NCBI GenBank assembly: GCA_965249225.1
Contig: CBDFLT010000007.1
Location: 88,894-152,893, forward strand
Direction: 5' to 3'
DNA from: Dehalococcoidia bacterium
Lineage (GTDB): Bacteria > Chloroflexota > Dehalococcoidia > Lucifugimonadales > G963668185
DNA length: 64,000 bases
This document shows, one piece after another, positions 10,027-19,102 of this stretch. Each line of letters begins with the position of its first letter. Within the stretch, counting starts at the first letter, position 1. A program made the position numbers and the translations under genes. The notes under the pieces are model-generated. The model saw nothing but the letters and a program-made list of their open reading frames with translations. It searched no databases and was not told the origin of the DNA.

Positions 10027-10605
10027 ATGCAGAGATGCGCTTGGCCTTCGCCGTCCGACGACCCGTTGGAGTTGTCTTACCACGACCGGGAGTGGGGTGT
10101 CCCGCAGCACGACGACCGGGCGCTCTTTGAAGCCCTGGTCCTGGATGGGATGCAGGCGGGGTTGAGCTGGATGACGATCCTGCGAAAGCGTGAGGCGTTT
10201 CGAAGGGCCTTCGATGGGTTCGACCCCGCTCGGGTCGCCCGATACGATGAGCGTAAGGTAGAAGAGCTACTCACCGACGAGGGGATCGTTCGCAACCGGC
10301 AGAAGATCGCCGCGGCTATCGAGAACGCGCAAGCGTTTCTGGCCGTGCAGGAAGAGTACGGCGGCTTCGACGCCTATATCTGGTCATTTGTGGGAGGCCG
10401 GCCCAAGGTCAACTCCTGGCGCGCCTGGGAGGAGATCCCAGCAAAGACGCCCGAGTCCGAAGCCATGAGTGCGGACCTAAAGCGCAGGGGATTTAGGTTT
10501 GTAGGCCCGACCATCTGCTACGCGTTCATGCAGGCGGAGGGCCTGGTGAACGACCACACGGTGGACTGTTTCAGGTACGGGGAGCTGTCTGGCGGAAGCC
10601 GCTAA
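10027..10605 (+). CDS. tag: DNA-3-methyladenine glycosylase I
   Basis: RCAW...YHDREWGVP, QAGLSW.TILRKR, GIVRNRQKI, FVGPTICYAFMQA.GLVNDH..DC. Confidence 0.95.
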   Translation: MQRCAWPSPSDDPLELSYHDREWGVPQHDDRALFEALVLDGMQAGLSWMTILRKREAFRRAFDGFDPARVARYDERKVEELLTDEGIVRNRQKIAAAIENAQAFLAVQEEYGGFDAYIWSFVGGRPKVNSWRAWEEIPAKTPESEAMSADLKRRGFRFVGPTICYAFMQAEGLVNDHTVDCFRYGELSGGSR

Positions 10606-12296
10606 AAGGCCTGGGTCTTGGCGCCCTTCCAGCGAGCGATAGCCGCCTCTGCACGTGGGCTGATTACCCCCTGCACCTCGACATTTATCAGCACCGGACG
10701 CTCGATCTGAAAGGCCCGCTTGATCGCCGGTGAGAGCTCGTCCGGGTGCTGGACGTGCTCTCCATGTCCGCCCAGTCCCTTGACCATCTGGTCGTAGCGG
10801 GAAGGTAGGAGGTCGGTGGCCACCGACCTGCCGAAGACCCCCAGCTGTATCTGCCGGTCGATGCCCCATGCCGAGTCGTTGCCCAGCACCGTCACAACCG
10901 CGAGGTTATGCCGCACCGCCGTATCGAACTCCATCGCGTTGAAACCGAAGGAGCCGTCGCCGGTGAACGCGATGACTCGGCTCTTAGGGTGGGCCAGCTT
11001 GACCGCCAGGGCAACCGGCAACGCCGAGCCCAGCATACCCAGGGGCGGTAGATACCACCAGCTCTTGGGGTTGACGGCGGGCAGTCGAGCCCGGCCGAAT
11101 GCGCAGAAGTCGCCGCCGTCGAAGGATAGATAGTCATCGGGCCCCAGGTGCTGCTGGACTACTTTGAATACGTGTGAGGGGTGCATCGGCTCCTGGGAAA
11201 CGGCGGTGGACTCGAGCCACTCGGCGTGCGCATCTCGCTCAGCCCTGAGTTGCTGCAACCACGGAAGGTCGCTCCAGGCGTGTTTGGTGGCCCCGTTGGT
11301 GAACTGACACACCACCGCCTCGATGTCGCCCACGATGCCGACCGAGACACCCCTGTTTCTGCCAATCTCTGCGGCCGAGGGATCGACCTGTATGATCCGG
11401 GCGTCTTTTGAAATGGTAGGGGGCATCGCGTAACCCAGGACGAGGTCCTGCTTCCTGCCCAGCAGCACGACCACGTCGGCTTCACCCGATAGCCGGGCGG
11501 CGCCGTTGAGGGCCCGGTCGAAATACCCCATGCAGTAGGGGTGCTCGTCGGACACCATCCCCCTGGCGTCGCCCTCGGTCATGAGGGGCACGCGTGTCGT
11601 CTCGATGAAGTCCTGGAGGGCCTCGCCCGACCTGGCGTACGACGCGGCGCTACCCGCTATGATCAGGGGCCTGCTGGCGCCGCTGAGCAGTGCGATAGCC
11701 TCCCCGATCTGGTCCTCGGACGCCAGGGCAGGGGATGTGCTGCGGTATTCATTGGGCTGGTAGAAAACTACCTCGCTCTCCGAGACCTCCTGCTGCTGCA
11801 TGTCCACGGGGATGGTGAGGTGCACCGGCCCGCGCCGTCCGCTATATGCGACCCTCAAAGCGTGAGCGAGCATGTCGGGTATGCGCCGCGCGTCCGGGAC
11901 CACCCACGCTCCCTTGACGACGGGACGCGCCATACCCACCTGGTCGATCTCCTGCATGGCGCCACGGCCCAGGTCGTACGACTCGGCGGAGCCACTTATG
12001 GACAGCAGGGGGCTCTCGGCATGGAGGGCGGAGGCGAGGCCCGGCACCGCGTTGGCGAATCCGGGCGTCGTGTACATCGCCACGCCTGGACCGCCCGTTA
12101 TTCGACCCCAGGCGTCAGCCATGTGGACGGCGGCCTGCTCGTGCCGGGTGTCGATGAACCTGAAATCCATCTCACTCATCAGGTCAAATGTCGGCAGCAA
12201 ATGGTCTCCAGCGATCATGAAGATGTTACGGACTCCCTCAAGCTTAAGGGAGTCGGCGATGATTTGGCTGCCTGTAACCTTTTTCGACCCTGCCAT
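10602..12296 (-). CDS. Thiamine-pyrophosphate-dependent enzyme (acetolactate synthase/acyl-CoA lyase-like)
   Basis: RHEQAA, GAMQEIDQ, GDGSFGFN...GNDSAW TPP-binding motif. Confidence 0.9.
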   Translation of the reverse strand: MAGSKKVTGSQIIADSLKLEGVRNIFMIAGDHLLPTFDLMSEMDFRFIDTRHEQAAVHMADAWGRITGGPGVAMYTTPGFANAVPGLASALHAESPLLSISGSAESYDLGRGAMQEIDQVGMARPVVKGAWVVPDARRIPDMLAHALRVAYSGRRGPVHLTIPVDMQQQEVSESEVVFYQPNEYRSTSPALASEDQIGEAIALLSGASRPLIIAGSAASYARSGEALQDFIETTRVPLMTEGDARGMVSDEHPYCMGYFDRALNGAARLSGEADVVVLLGRKQDLVLGYAMPPTISKDARIIQVDPSAAEIGRNRGVSVGIVGDIEAVVCQFTNGATKHAWSDLPWLQQLRAERDAHAEWLESTAVSQEPMHPSHVFKVVQQHLGPDDYLSFDGGDFCAFGRARLPAVNPKSWWYLPPLGMLGSALPVALAVKLAHPKSRVIAFTGDGSFGFNAMEFDTAVRHNLAVVTVLGNDSAWGIDRQIQLGVFGRSVATDLLPSRYDQMVKGLGGHGEHVQHPDELSPAIKRAFQIERPVLINVEVQGVISPRAEAAIARWKGAKTQAF

Positions 12297-12351
12297 CTAT
12301 TCCCTCTGACGTGAGTGGCAGCGCCTCACGGCGCTGCCGAATTACCGTCCC

Positions 12352-12379
12352 ATTGTAGCTTTGAGAGGTGGGGTGTCAA
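12352..12379 (-). promoter_or_regulatory. Sigma70-type promoter of the TPP enzyme gene
   Basis: Minus strand TTGACA-16-TACAAT; 9-bp GC hairpin (12317-12338) in the 5' UTR. Confidence 0.65.
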
Positions 12380-12663
12380 GTAACGAAAATGTGAGGCTGG
12401 CCTCGCCACCAAGTCCAATTTGAGGTTCATATCCCCTATCGGCTAGAATGGTGAGGAACGTTGCCACGGTGAGGACAGCAGCATCTGTAACCAGCTTTAT
12501 GACGTAGGTGTTACAGGACAGATGTGGTGGCTGGCCAATAAGTGCTCCGAAGGTGTACCGGAGGTGGCACGGATGTCCTCGGACGGAGCCACGGGCGTGG
12601 CCCATACGTAAGTACAAAGAGGGGTTCTAGGCGGACTCAAAGTTGCCGTAAAAGGGGGAGAGT

Positions 12664-13665
12664 GTGGCAAGGTTGCTCGAGGTCAGGGACCTCCAGACTC
12701 AATTTTTCACTCAGGACGGCGTGGTGAAAGCGGTGGACGGGATAAGCTTCAACGTGGACGAAGGGGAAATACTGGGCATCGTTGGTGAGAGCGGCTGCGG
12801 CAAGAGCGTTACCGCGCTGTCCATAATGCGCCTTATAGCCGATCCACCTGGGCGAATTGTGGGTGGGGAGATTGTCTTCGAGGGAGAAGACCTCCTCTCG
12901 ATGGACAATGCCGCGATGCGTCACCTCCGGGGAAACCGCATCGCCATGATTTTCCAGGAGCCCATGACCTCGCTCAACCCGGTGCTGACCATCGGCAGGC
13001 AGATTACCGAAACCCTCGAGCTTCACCAGGATATGGATAAAGCGGGTGCGCGGGAGCGAGCTGCCGAGTTGCTTGGGCTTGTCGGAATTCCCGACCCCCT
13101 GAACCGGCTCAAGGATTATCCTCACCAGTTCAGTGGCGGCATGCGACAGAGGGTTATGATCGCCATAGCGCTGAGCTGTAACCCCAAGCTGATCGTTGCC
13201 GACGAGCCTACTACCGCCCTCGACGTCACGATTCAGGCCCAGATCCTGGAGGTGATGCAGTCTCTGGCGCGAGAGTTCCATACCGCTCTTATCATCATCA
13301 CCCACAACCTGGGAGTTGTGGCTCGATACGCGCAGCGTGTGGTCGTGATGTATGCCGGTAAGATCATCGAGGTCGGCACAGCCAAAGATATATATCACGA
13401 TCCGAGACACCCCTACACTCTGGGCTTGCTGAACTCAGTCCCCCGACTCGATCAGGATGCCAGGGCAAGGCTGGACCCGATTGAGGGTCTGCCCCCGGAC
13501 CTGATCGATATCCCCGAGCGCTGCTCCTTCGCGCCGCGCTGCGAGTTCGCCGTAGACAGATGCCGGCGCGAGGTCCCTCCGCTTGAGACATTCGAGGTGG
13601 GGCACTCGTCAGCCTGTTTCAGGATGAACGAACTTGCAGAGATTTCGGCTCCGGCGGGTACCTAG
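12664..13665 (+). CDS. oppD: Oligopeptide/dipeptide ABC transporter ATPase (OppD-like)
   Basis: [29 protein letters not shown]-terminal HPYT...C.F.PRC domain. Confidence 0.92.
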   Translation: MARLLEVRDLQTQFFTQDGVVKAVDGISFNVDEGEILGIVGESGCGKSVTALSIMRLIADPPGRIVGGEIVFEGEDLLSMDNAAMRHLRGNRIAMIFQEPMTSLNPVLTIGRQITETLELHQDMDKAGARERAAELLGLVGIPDPLNRLKDYPHQFSGGMRQRVMIAIALSCNPKLIVADEPTTALDVTIQAQILEVMQSLAREFHTALIIITHNLGVVARYAQRVVVMYAGKIIEVGTAKDIYHDPRHPYTLGLLNSVPRLDQDARARLDPIEGLPPDLIDIPERCSFAPRCEFAVDRCRREVPPLETFEVGHSSACFRMNELAEISAPAGT

Positions 13666-13677
13666 GGGAAGGCGGCT

Positions 13678-14727
13678 ATGGCAGAGGTACAAAACAGTCA
13701 GCAAGACGGCCGTCAATTCGGGGCAACCCATGTGGAAATCAAGAACTTAAAAATGTATTTCCCGGTGACCTCGGGACTCCTGTTCCAGAAAAAGGTTGCC
13801 GACGTCAAAGCGGTGGACGACGTTACCCTATCCATCAAAAAAGGCGAGACTCTCGGACTGGTGGGGGAAAGTGGTTCCGGAAAGACGACCACCGGCCGGT
13901 GCGTATTGCGGTTGTACAAGCCCACCGGCGGCGAGGTCGTTTTCGAGGGACAGAGGTTGAACGACCTGAGCGAGTCCGAGATGAGGCCCATGCGCCGAAA
14001 GATGCAGATCATCTTTCAGGACCCTTACGGCTCGTTGAACCCCAGGATGACGTGTGGAGACATCATCGGCGAGCCACTCATCATCCACAAGCTGACGCAT
14101 GGAAAAGAGGAGCGCCGAGATAGGGTCCATGAGCTGCTGAGTCTCGTTGGTCTGAACCCCTACATGGCCGACCGTTATCCCCACGAGTTCAGCGGAGGTC
14201 AGAGGCAGCGGATTGGTATAGCGAGAGCACTCGCCGTAAGTCCCAACTTCATTGTGTGCGACGAGCCCGTGTCCGCTCTGGACGTCTCCATTCAGGCCCA
14301 GATCATCAACCTGCTGGAAGAGCTTCAGGAGAAGTTCAACCTGACCTACCTCTTTATCGCTCACGACCTGTCGGTGGTGCGTCACATAAGCGACCGCATC
14401 GCCGTCATGTACCTCGGACACATAGTAGAGATCGCCGACCGGACCGAGCTATACGAGAACCCGATTCATCCCTACACGAAGGCGTTACTCTCGGCGGTCC
14501 CCATTCCGGACCCCACTCTGGAGGCGGAGCGAGAGCGGATTATCCTTACGGGCGATGTTCCGAGCCCGATGAACCCGCCCAGTGGCTGTGTGTTCCACAC
14601 CAGGTGCCCCATCGCGATTAAAGAGTGCCGGGTCGAGGTGCCCGAGCTAAGGGAGGTCGCCAAGGACCACTGGGTGGCCTGTATTAGAGCGGAGGGCTAT
14701 TATCAGGCGAGGCCCATTGCCGTCTAG
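13678..14727 (+). CDS. oppF: Oligopeptide/dipeptide ABC transporter ATPase (OppF-like)
   Basis: [39 protein letters not shown]. Confidence 0.92.
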   Translation: MAEVQNSQQDGRQFGATHVEIKNLKMYFPVTSGLLFQKKVADVKAVDDVTLSIKKGETLGLVGESGSGKTTTGRCVLRLYKPTGGEVVFEGQRLNDLSESEMRPMRRKMQIIFQDPYGSLNPRMTCGDIIGEPLIIHKLTHGKEERRDRVHELLSLVGLNPYMADRYPHEFSGGQRQRIGIARALAVSPNFIVCDEPVSALDVSIQAQIINLLEELQEKFNLTYLFIAHDLSVVRHISDRIAVMYLGHIVEIADRTELYENPIHPYTKALLSAVPIPDPTLEAERERIILTGDVPSPMNPPSGCVFHTRCPIAIKECRVEVPELREVAKDHWVACIRAEGYYQARPIAV

Positions 14728-14777
14728 TGGCTTGGTTTGGACCTGTCCGTTTGTCGGCGGAGCGTGGCTGTCGGTGG

Positions 14778-15062
14778 CTATGCGGACGAGGTGTCGGCCC
14801 GGTTGAGGAAGCTAATGTCCGGTGGCCCGATGACTCCCGCACGCTCCATCGCATCCCGCAGGTCCTGGGATTGCACGAACTTGTGAGCGTTTTCCAGGCT
14901 GTCCCACTCAATTAGGACCGTCACCTGGTTGGGGGTCTCGGCGTTTTGAAAGACCTGGGCGCCTATAGAGCCGGCGGCCCTTCGGACCGAAGCATGCTCG
15001 TCGTAAACAGCCTTCCACTTGGCGAAATCCTCAACGGTTGATCGAACGAGTGTGTACGGCAT
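14778..15062 (-). CDS. Small dimeric alpha/beta-barrel (ABM/cyclase-like) protein
   Basis: VEDFAKWKAVYD...R.AAG...EWDSLE.A.KF...M.RAGV; AAGGAGG RBS before ATG 15062. Confidence 0.75.
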   Translation of the reverse strand: MPYTLVRSTVEDFAKWKAVYDEHASVRRAAGSIGAQVFQNAETPNQVTVLIEWDSLENAHKFVQSQDLRDAMERAGVIGPPDISFLNRADTSSA

Positions 15063-15206
15063 ATGGGTTCCTCCTTCTTTGGGATAGGGACCTAGGGACT
15101 TGCGAGCGGCCACCGTGGTGGCAAGATAGCATGTAAGCTACCCACTGGCAACAGTGGAACGTACATAGACAGGTGGTTCGAAGAGCTCGTTTAGTAGGGT
15201 GATTTC

Positions 15207-15695
15207 GTGAGGAGAGGTCCCCCCGTTATCCGCCACATGGCCGGCCTGCTCACCGGCCGACTCTATGCGGTTCGCGGCGACAGCATGAAACCGAGCTTCC
15301 GGCACGGTGACCACCTGCTGGTTAGCCGGTTGGCCTACCGCGTAGAGAGCCACCGCAGGGGGGAGGTGGTGATAGTGTGCGACCCCAGGCGCCCTTCGAG
15401 TACTTTTCTGAAGCGTATCGTGGGTCTGCCGGGAGAGGTGGTGCGTATCCAGGACGGCTTGCTCCTCATCGACGGCGACCACCTAGCCGAGCCATATCTT
15501 GGGGGACTGCCCGCATCTCCGGGCACGGACGAGGCGACGTGGACGCTGGCCCGAGATCAGTACCTGGTCCTCGGGGACAACAGGGCCCACAGCACGGACA
15601 GCCGCCATTTCGGACCCGTAGACAGGGGTCTAATCATAGGCGGAGCGTGGTTTCGTTTCTGGCCGCCTCGACGATGGGGTTCGATAGAGGGCTAG
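15207..15695 (+). CDS. Signal peptidase I (S26 family), no obvious membrane anchor
   Basis: GDSMKP (catalytic Ser), FLKRIVGLPG (catalytic Lys), GDNRAHSTDSRHFG. Confidence 0.88.
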   Translation: MRRGPPVIRHMAGLLTGRLYAVRGDSMKPSFRHGDHLLVSRLAYRVESHRRGEVVIVCDPRRPSSTFLKRIVGLPGEVVRIQDGLLLIDGDHLAEPYLGGLPASPGTDEATWTLARDQYLVLGDNRAHSTDSRHFGPVDRGLIIGGAWFRFWPPRRWGSIEG

Positions 15696-15810
15696 GCGTC
15701 GTTTCAGACCGTCCTCTCAGGAGCATCCGCCCTGTCCCGCCTGTTGGAGAGACGTTCCCGCTGGCTCAACTAGTTTTGAAGCCATTTGGCTGTGTTGAGT
15801 TCCCAAAGAA

Positions 15811-15866
15811 GGGGGGAGTACAGAGGGGGCGTTGCCCCCTCTGTTAAGGGTATGGGGTATACCCGG
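15811..15866. repeat. REP/MITE-like hairpin at the islet boundary
   Basis: ACAGAGGGGGC-gtt-GCCCCCTCTGT stem followed by GGGTATGGGGTATACCC; from memory resembles the AGAGGGG..CCCCTCT repeats of Dehalococcoidia. Confidence 0.5.
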
Positions 15867-15929
15867 TTTTGCACGGTAATTGGCCCCTGCACGGAAAGTC
15901 AGCAGGTTGCACGACAACCTGGACCACTA

Positions 15930-17807
15930 TTATGCCCGAAGCGGCCACACTTTCACTGCGAGTTCAGCCATTCGTTCCTGTCTGCTGGTTATCTCTTTAG
16001 GTCCCCACTCGTCCTGCTGTGCAACCTCTTTAGTCAGCAGGAAAGTAGACTTCGCTAGTGTCGGTTTCTTCTCCTCAAGCCGACGATTACCTATGACGGA
16101 GTTTAAATCGGCGCGCAGAAGAACCATGTTGCCAAGTCGGTTGTGGTAGGTATGCGCAACGGCACTATCGAGGTCAGGCCATCCTTGTCCAAGATGTCCG
16201 GGCAGAACGTGTTCTAGATTAATGACTATGTCTTCGTTAGGCACGAATTCCGGTGTCGCATTACCTTGCAATTTGTATTCAAGCGCCCTGAGGTAATATC
16301 GCGCGAGGCCGCTCTTTGACACTCTATATGCCGCGAATTGCTCTTTGAATGCTGGGTCAGACAACAACAGGGGAGCCATGTGATCTGCCAACTTGCTTGC
16401 GGTGCCGACTCTTCCAGAGCTTATTTCTTGTGCAACATTGTGTATAAGTTCTACTGCCCGTCCACTCCTGATACCTGCCACAAGGTAGCGAACTGACCAA
16501 AAGACCAACTGCCGGAATGCAAGTTCAGCCTGCTTCTTATTGAACCGTCCACTTATTGCAAGAGCGAGAGGTCTTAGCGGGGACACACCAAGCAGAACCA
16601 ACGTGGAGATATGTTCTCTAATATGGGGATGATAGTCATTCCACTTGGGGTGCGTTGGAGTCTGAATGGCTACATAGTGGTTTGCGCCCTCAGCAAGAGC
16701 ATCAAGGAACTCAATTACCTGCTGTTTTGCTGCCATCCTCTCCTTTACTACTTCGAAGACCGCACGTTCGCGTACATGACCCCACTTTGAAATAATAAGA
16801 TGGGTGAGATGGGGATGATAGTCATTCCACTTGGGGTGCGTTGGAGTCTGAATGGCTACATAGTGGTTTGCGCCCTCAGCAAGAGCATCAAGGAACTCAA
16901 TTACCTGCTGTTTTGCTGCCATCCTCTCCTTTACTACTTCGAAGACCGCACGTTCGCGTACATGACCCCACTTTGAAATAATAAGATGGGTGAGATATGT
17001 GATGGTGATGTCATCTTGCTCAAGGGTTTCTAGAGCGCCGTTCATCGAAGCCCATTTATGTTGGGCTTCCGAAAGTCTATTGTCGGCAAGAGCAAATAGG
17101 TGGTTCTTCACAAGGTCAGCCTGAGATGTTCGAAGGCCACGATCATTAAGGGTCTCGAACATTACGTAGGCATTTAGGTCGTCAGGGACCTTGAGAACAA
17201 TTACTTGAGCGGAGTCCTGTATGTATGTGACCCACGTATTAAGTCGGTCAATTCGATTTGGATCACCATGTGGTGCAATGATTTGACCCACATGCTGCGC
17301 AGCCAGGCTTCCAGCTTTTTCGATGCGAAAGTGAGAAGGTTTCTGTGGTTTTGCAGCCTTTCTCGCCGCTTCGCCCTTCTTGGCAAGGATGTGGTTCTTG
17401 AAGAACTCATTGTCATCAACATTCAACCGGAGACGGGGGTTGAATTCCCGCGTTTCGCGCACAATGGTGAAGAGGAACGCATTCACGTCCTGCACCAGAA
17501 GCGCATCGTGACGCTCCTCAAAATAATCACGGATTGCTGCTAGCAGAATTGTAGTTGTGGCTAGCCTCTGCTGACCGTCGGCTACTTCAAACGTCCCATC
17601 TTCACGCTGAGAAAGCACAATCGTGCCTAAGAAGTACGTAGACTTTACCGAGTCAATGGCATTTGCTAGGTCATGGAACAAGTCAAGAATGTGACTCTCT
17701 TCCCAGGAATATTCCCGCTGGTTCAAAGGAACAGCCAGCCTATTTCGGGCTAGGGCCGTACCAATGCCTGCTTGTTCGAAATCAATTGTGCTTGGGTGTG
17801 TGGTCAC
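15930..17807 (-). CDS. DUF262-DUF1524 fusion (GmrSD-like type IV restriction/defence nuclease) with a 62-aa internal duplication
   Basis: QREYSW, DGQQRL and FETLNDRG (DUF262); LEHVLP...NRLGNMVLL...N (HNH-like DUF1524); visibly AT-richer than the flanks. Confidence 0.88.
   Translation of the reverse strand: MTTHPSTIDFEQAGIGTALARNRLAVPLNQREYSWEESHILDLFHDLANAIDSVKSTYFLGTIVLSQREDGTFEVADGQQRLATTTILLAAIRDYFEERHDALLVQDVNAFLFTIVRETREFNPRLRLNVDDNEFFKNHILAKKGEAARKAAKPQKPSHFRIEKAGSLAAQHVGQIIAPHGDPNRIDRLNTWVTYIQDSAQVIVLKVPDDLNAYVMFETLNDRGLRTSQADLVKNHLFALADNRLSEAQHKWASMNGALETLEQDDITITYLTHLIISKWGHVRERAVFEVVKERMAAKQQVIEFLDALAEGANHYVAIQTPTHPKWNDYHPHLTHLIISKWGHVRERAVFEVVKERMAAKQQVIEFLDALAEGANHYVAIQTPTHPKWNDYHPHIREHISTLVLLGVSPLRPLALAISGRFNKKQAELAFRQLVFWSVRYLVAGIRSGRAVELIHNVAQEISSGRVGTASKLADHMAPLLLSDPAFKEQFAAYRVSKSGLARYYLRALEYKLQGNATPEFVPNEDIVINLEHVLPGHLGQGWPDLDSAVAHTYHNRLGNMVLLRADLNSVIGNRRLEEKKPTLAKSTFLLTKEVAQQDEWGPKEITSRQERMAELAVKVWPLRA
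16623..16994. repeat. Exact tandem duplication, 2 x 186 bp, in frame
   Basis: 16623-16808 is identical to 16809-16994 by direct comparison. Confidence 0.95.
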
Positions 17808-18027
17808 GGTCTACTCCTCCTTCACCCATCGCTGAAGGTTCGAGAAAAGAGATTGAATGTCCAACCGCCTCTAATTCTCGTATGGCAACCTGCCTAAGTC
17901 GCTCACGAATCCACGTCGATAAAGGGATTCCGGCCAACTCCGCGGCATCCTTGAATGCCCGCTTCTCGGCAGATTCCGCCCGTATCTCAATGTACTCGTC
18001 TAGCCTTCTTGCTTTATTCGGCCTACC
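17782..18027 (-). pseudogene. Ribbon-helix-helix-like DNA-binding ORF lacking a start codon
   Basis: Manual translation GRPNKARRLDEYIEIRAESAEKRAFKDAAELAGIPLSTWIRERLRQVAIRELEAVG...; no ATG/GTG/TTG between the upstream in-frame TGA (about 18135) and the domain; 3' end overlaps the DUF262 start. Confidence 0.6.
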
Positions 18028-19102
18028 GTCTGTGCTTTGCCCTGCTGGAGGCCGATGTCGACGAGAGGGTGTTTCTTGCGCGGCCTCGGGTGGCGCTACT
18101 TGAGCGAGAAGAGGGTATTGTCGTCTCGGACTTCAACCATCGGGCGACATCCTTGGCGTGGTAGCTGACGATCATGTTTGCGCCGGCCCGCTTGATCGCG
18201 GTCAGAATCTCCAGCGTAACCCTGCGTTCGTCTATCCACTCGTTGCCCGCCGCCGACTTGACCATAGAGTATTCCCCGCTTACGTTGTAGGCGGCGATGG
18301 GGTGATTGAAGGCGTCCCGTGCGGCCGCCAGGACATCCAGGTAGGCCAACGCGGGTTTGATCATCACGATATCCGCGCCCTCGTCTATGTCCTGCTGGAT
18401 CTCCCGCAGGGCCTGGCGTATGTTGGCCGGGTCCAACTGATAACCGGCGCGGTCTCCGAACTCAGGGGTTGATTCGGCGGCGACGCGGAACGGTCCGTAG
18501 AAGGCCGAGGCGAACTTTGCCGAGTAGGCCATGATTGGCGTGTCCACGCGACCGTTGGAATCGAGGGCATCGCGGATGGCCGCCACCTGTCCATCCATCA
18601 TCGCCGAGGGCGCTACCAAGTCTGCCCCAGCCTCCGCATGGCACAGAGCGGTCTTGGTCAGTAGCTCCAGCGTGCGGTCGTTGTCGACGCGCCCATCGTC
18701 CATTACGCCGCAGTGGCCGTGGTCTGTGTATTGGCACAGGCAGACGTCGGTCATTACCAGGAGCTCTGGGGCCGTCTGCTTTATCACCCTAATGGCCTCG
18801 GGCACGATGCCGTTGGGTTCATAGGCCTCCGTGCCCAGGGCATCCTTTCTGGCCGGGATGCCGAACAGCAGCACCGCGGGGATACCCAGCTCCGCCACCG
18901 TGCCGATCTCCGAGATCAGGTTGTCGAGGGAAAGCTGGTATATGCCGGGCATCGGGTCGATCTCGTTGCGTACGTCTCGGTCGTGGGTGACGAACAGAGG
19001 GTATATCAGCTCATCCACCGAGAGTCGAGTCTCCTGGACCATATGCCGGAGGGCCGGCAGCTCTCTGAGCCTGCGAAGGCGTGTTCTAGGGAATCTACTC
19101 AT
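18023..19102 (-). CDS. hemB: Porphobilinogen synthase with an atypical 35-aa C-terminal tail
   Basis: DVCLCQYTDHGHCG (Zn), YSAKFASAFYGPFR, MIKPA, YNVSGEY. Confidence 0.96.
   Translation of the reverse strand: MSRFPRTRLRRLRELPALRHMVQETRLSVDELIYPLFVTHDRDVRNEIDPMPGIYQLSLDNLISEIGTVAELGIPAVLLFGIPARKDALGTEAYEPNGIVPEAIRVIKQTAPELLVMTDVCLCQYTDHGHCGVMDDGRVDNDRTLELLTKTALCHAEAGADLVAPSAMMDGQVAAIRDALDSNGRVDTPIMAYSAKFASAFYGPFRVAAESTPEFGDRAGYQLDPANIRQALREIQQDIDEGADIVMIKPALAYLDVLAAARDAFNHPIAAYNVSGEYSMVKSAAGNEWIDERRVTLEILTAIKRAGANMIVSYHAKDVARWLKSETTIPSSRSSSATRGRARNTLSSTSASSRAKHRR

Noticed and set aside
12297-12420. TPP riboswitch upstream of the TPP-dependent enzyme
   Set aside because: No CUGAGA or other TPP-box consensus; the promoter leaves only a short UTR with one simple hairpin
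17663-18103. 146-aa + strand ORF
   Set aside because: Antisense to the RHH-like ORF, the DUF262 start and the hemB tail; no recognisable motif
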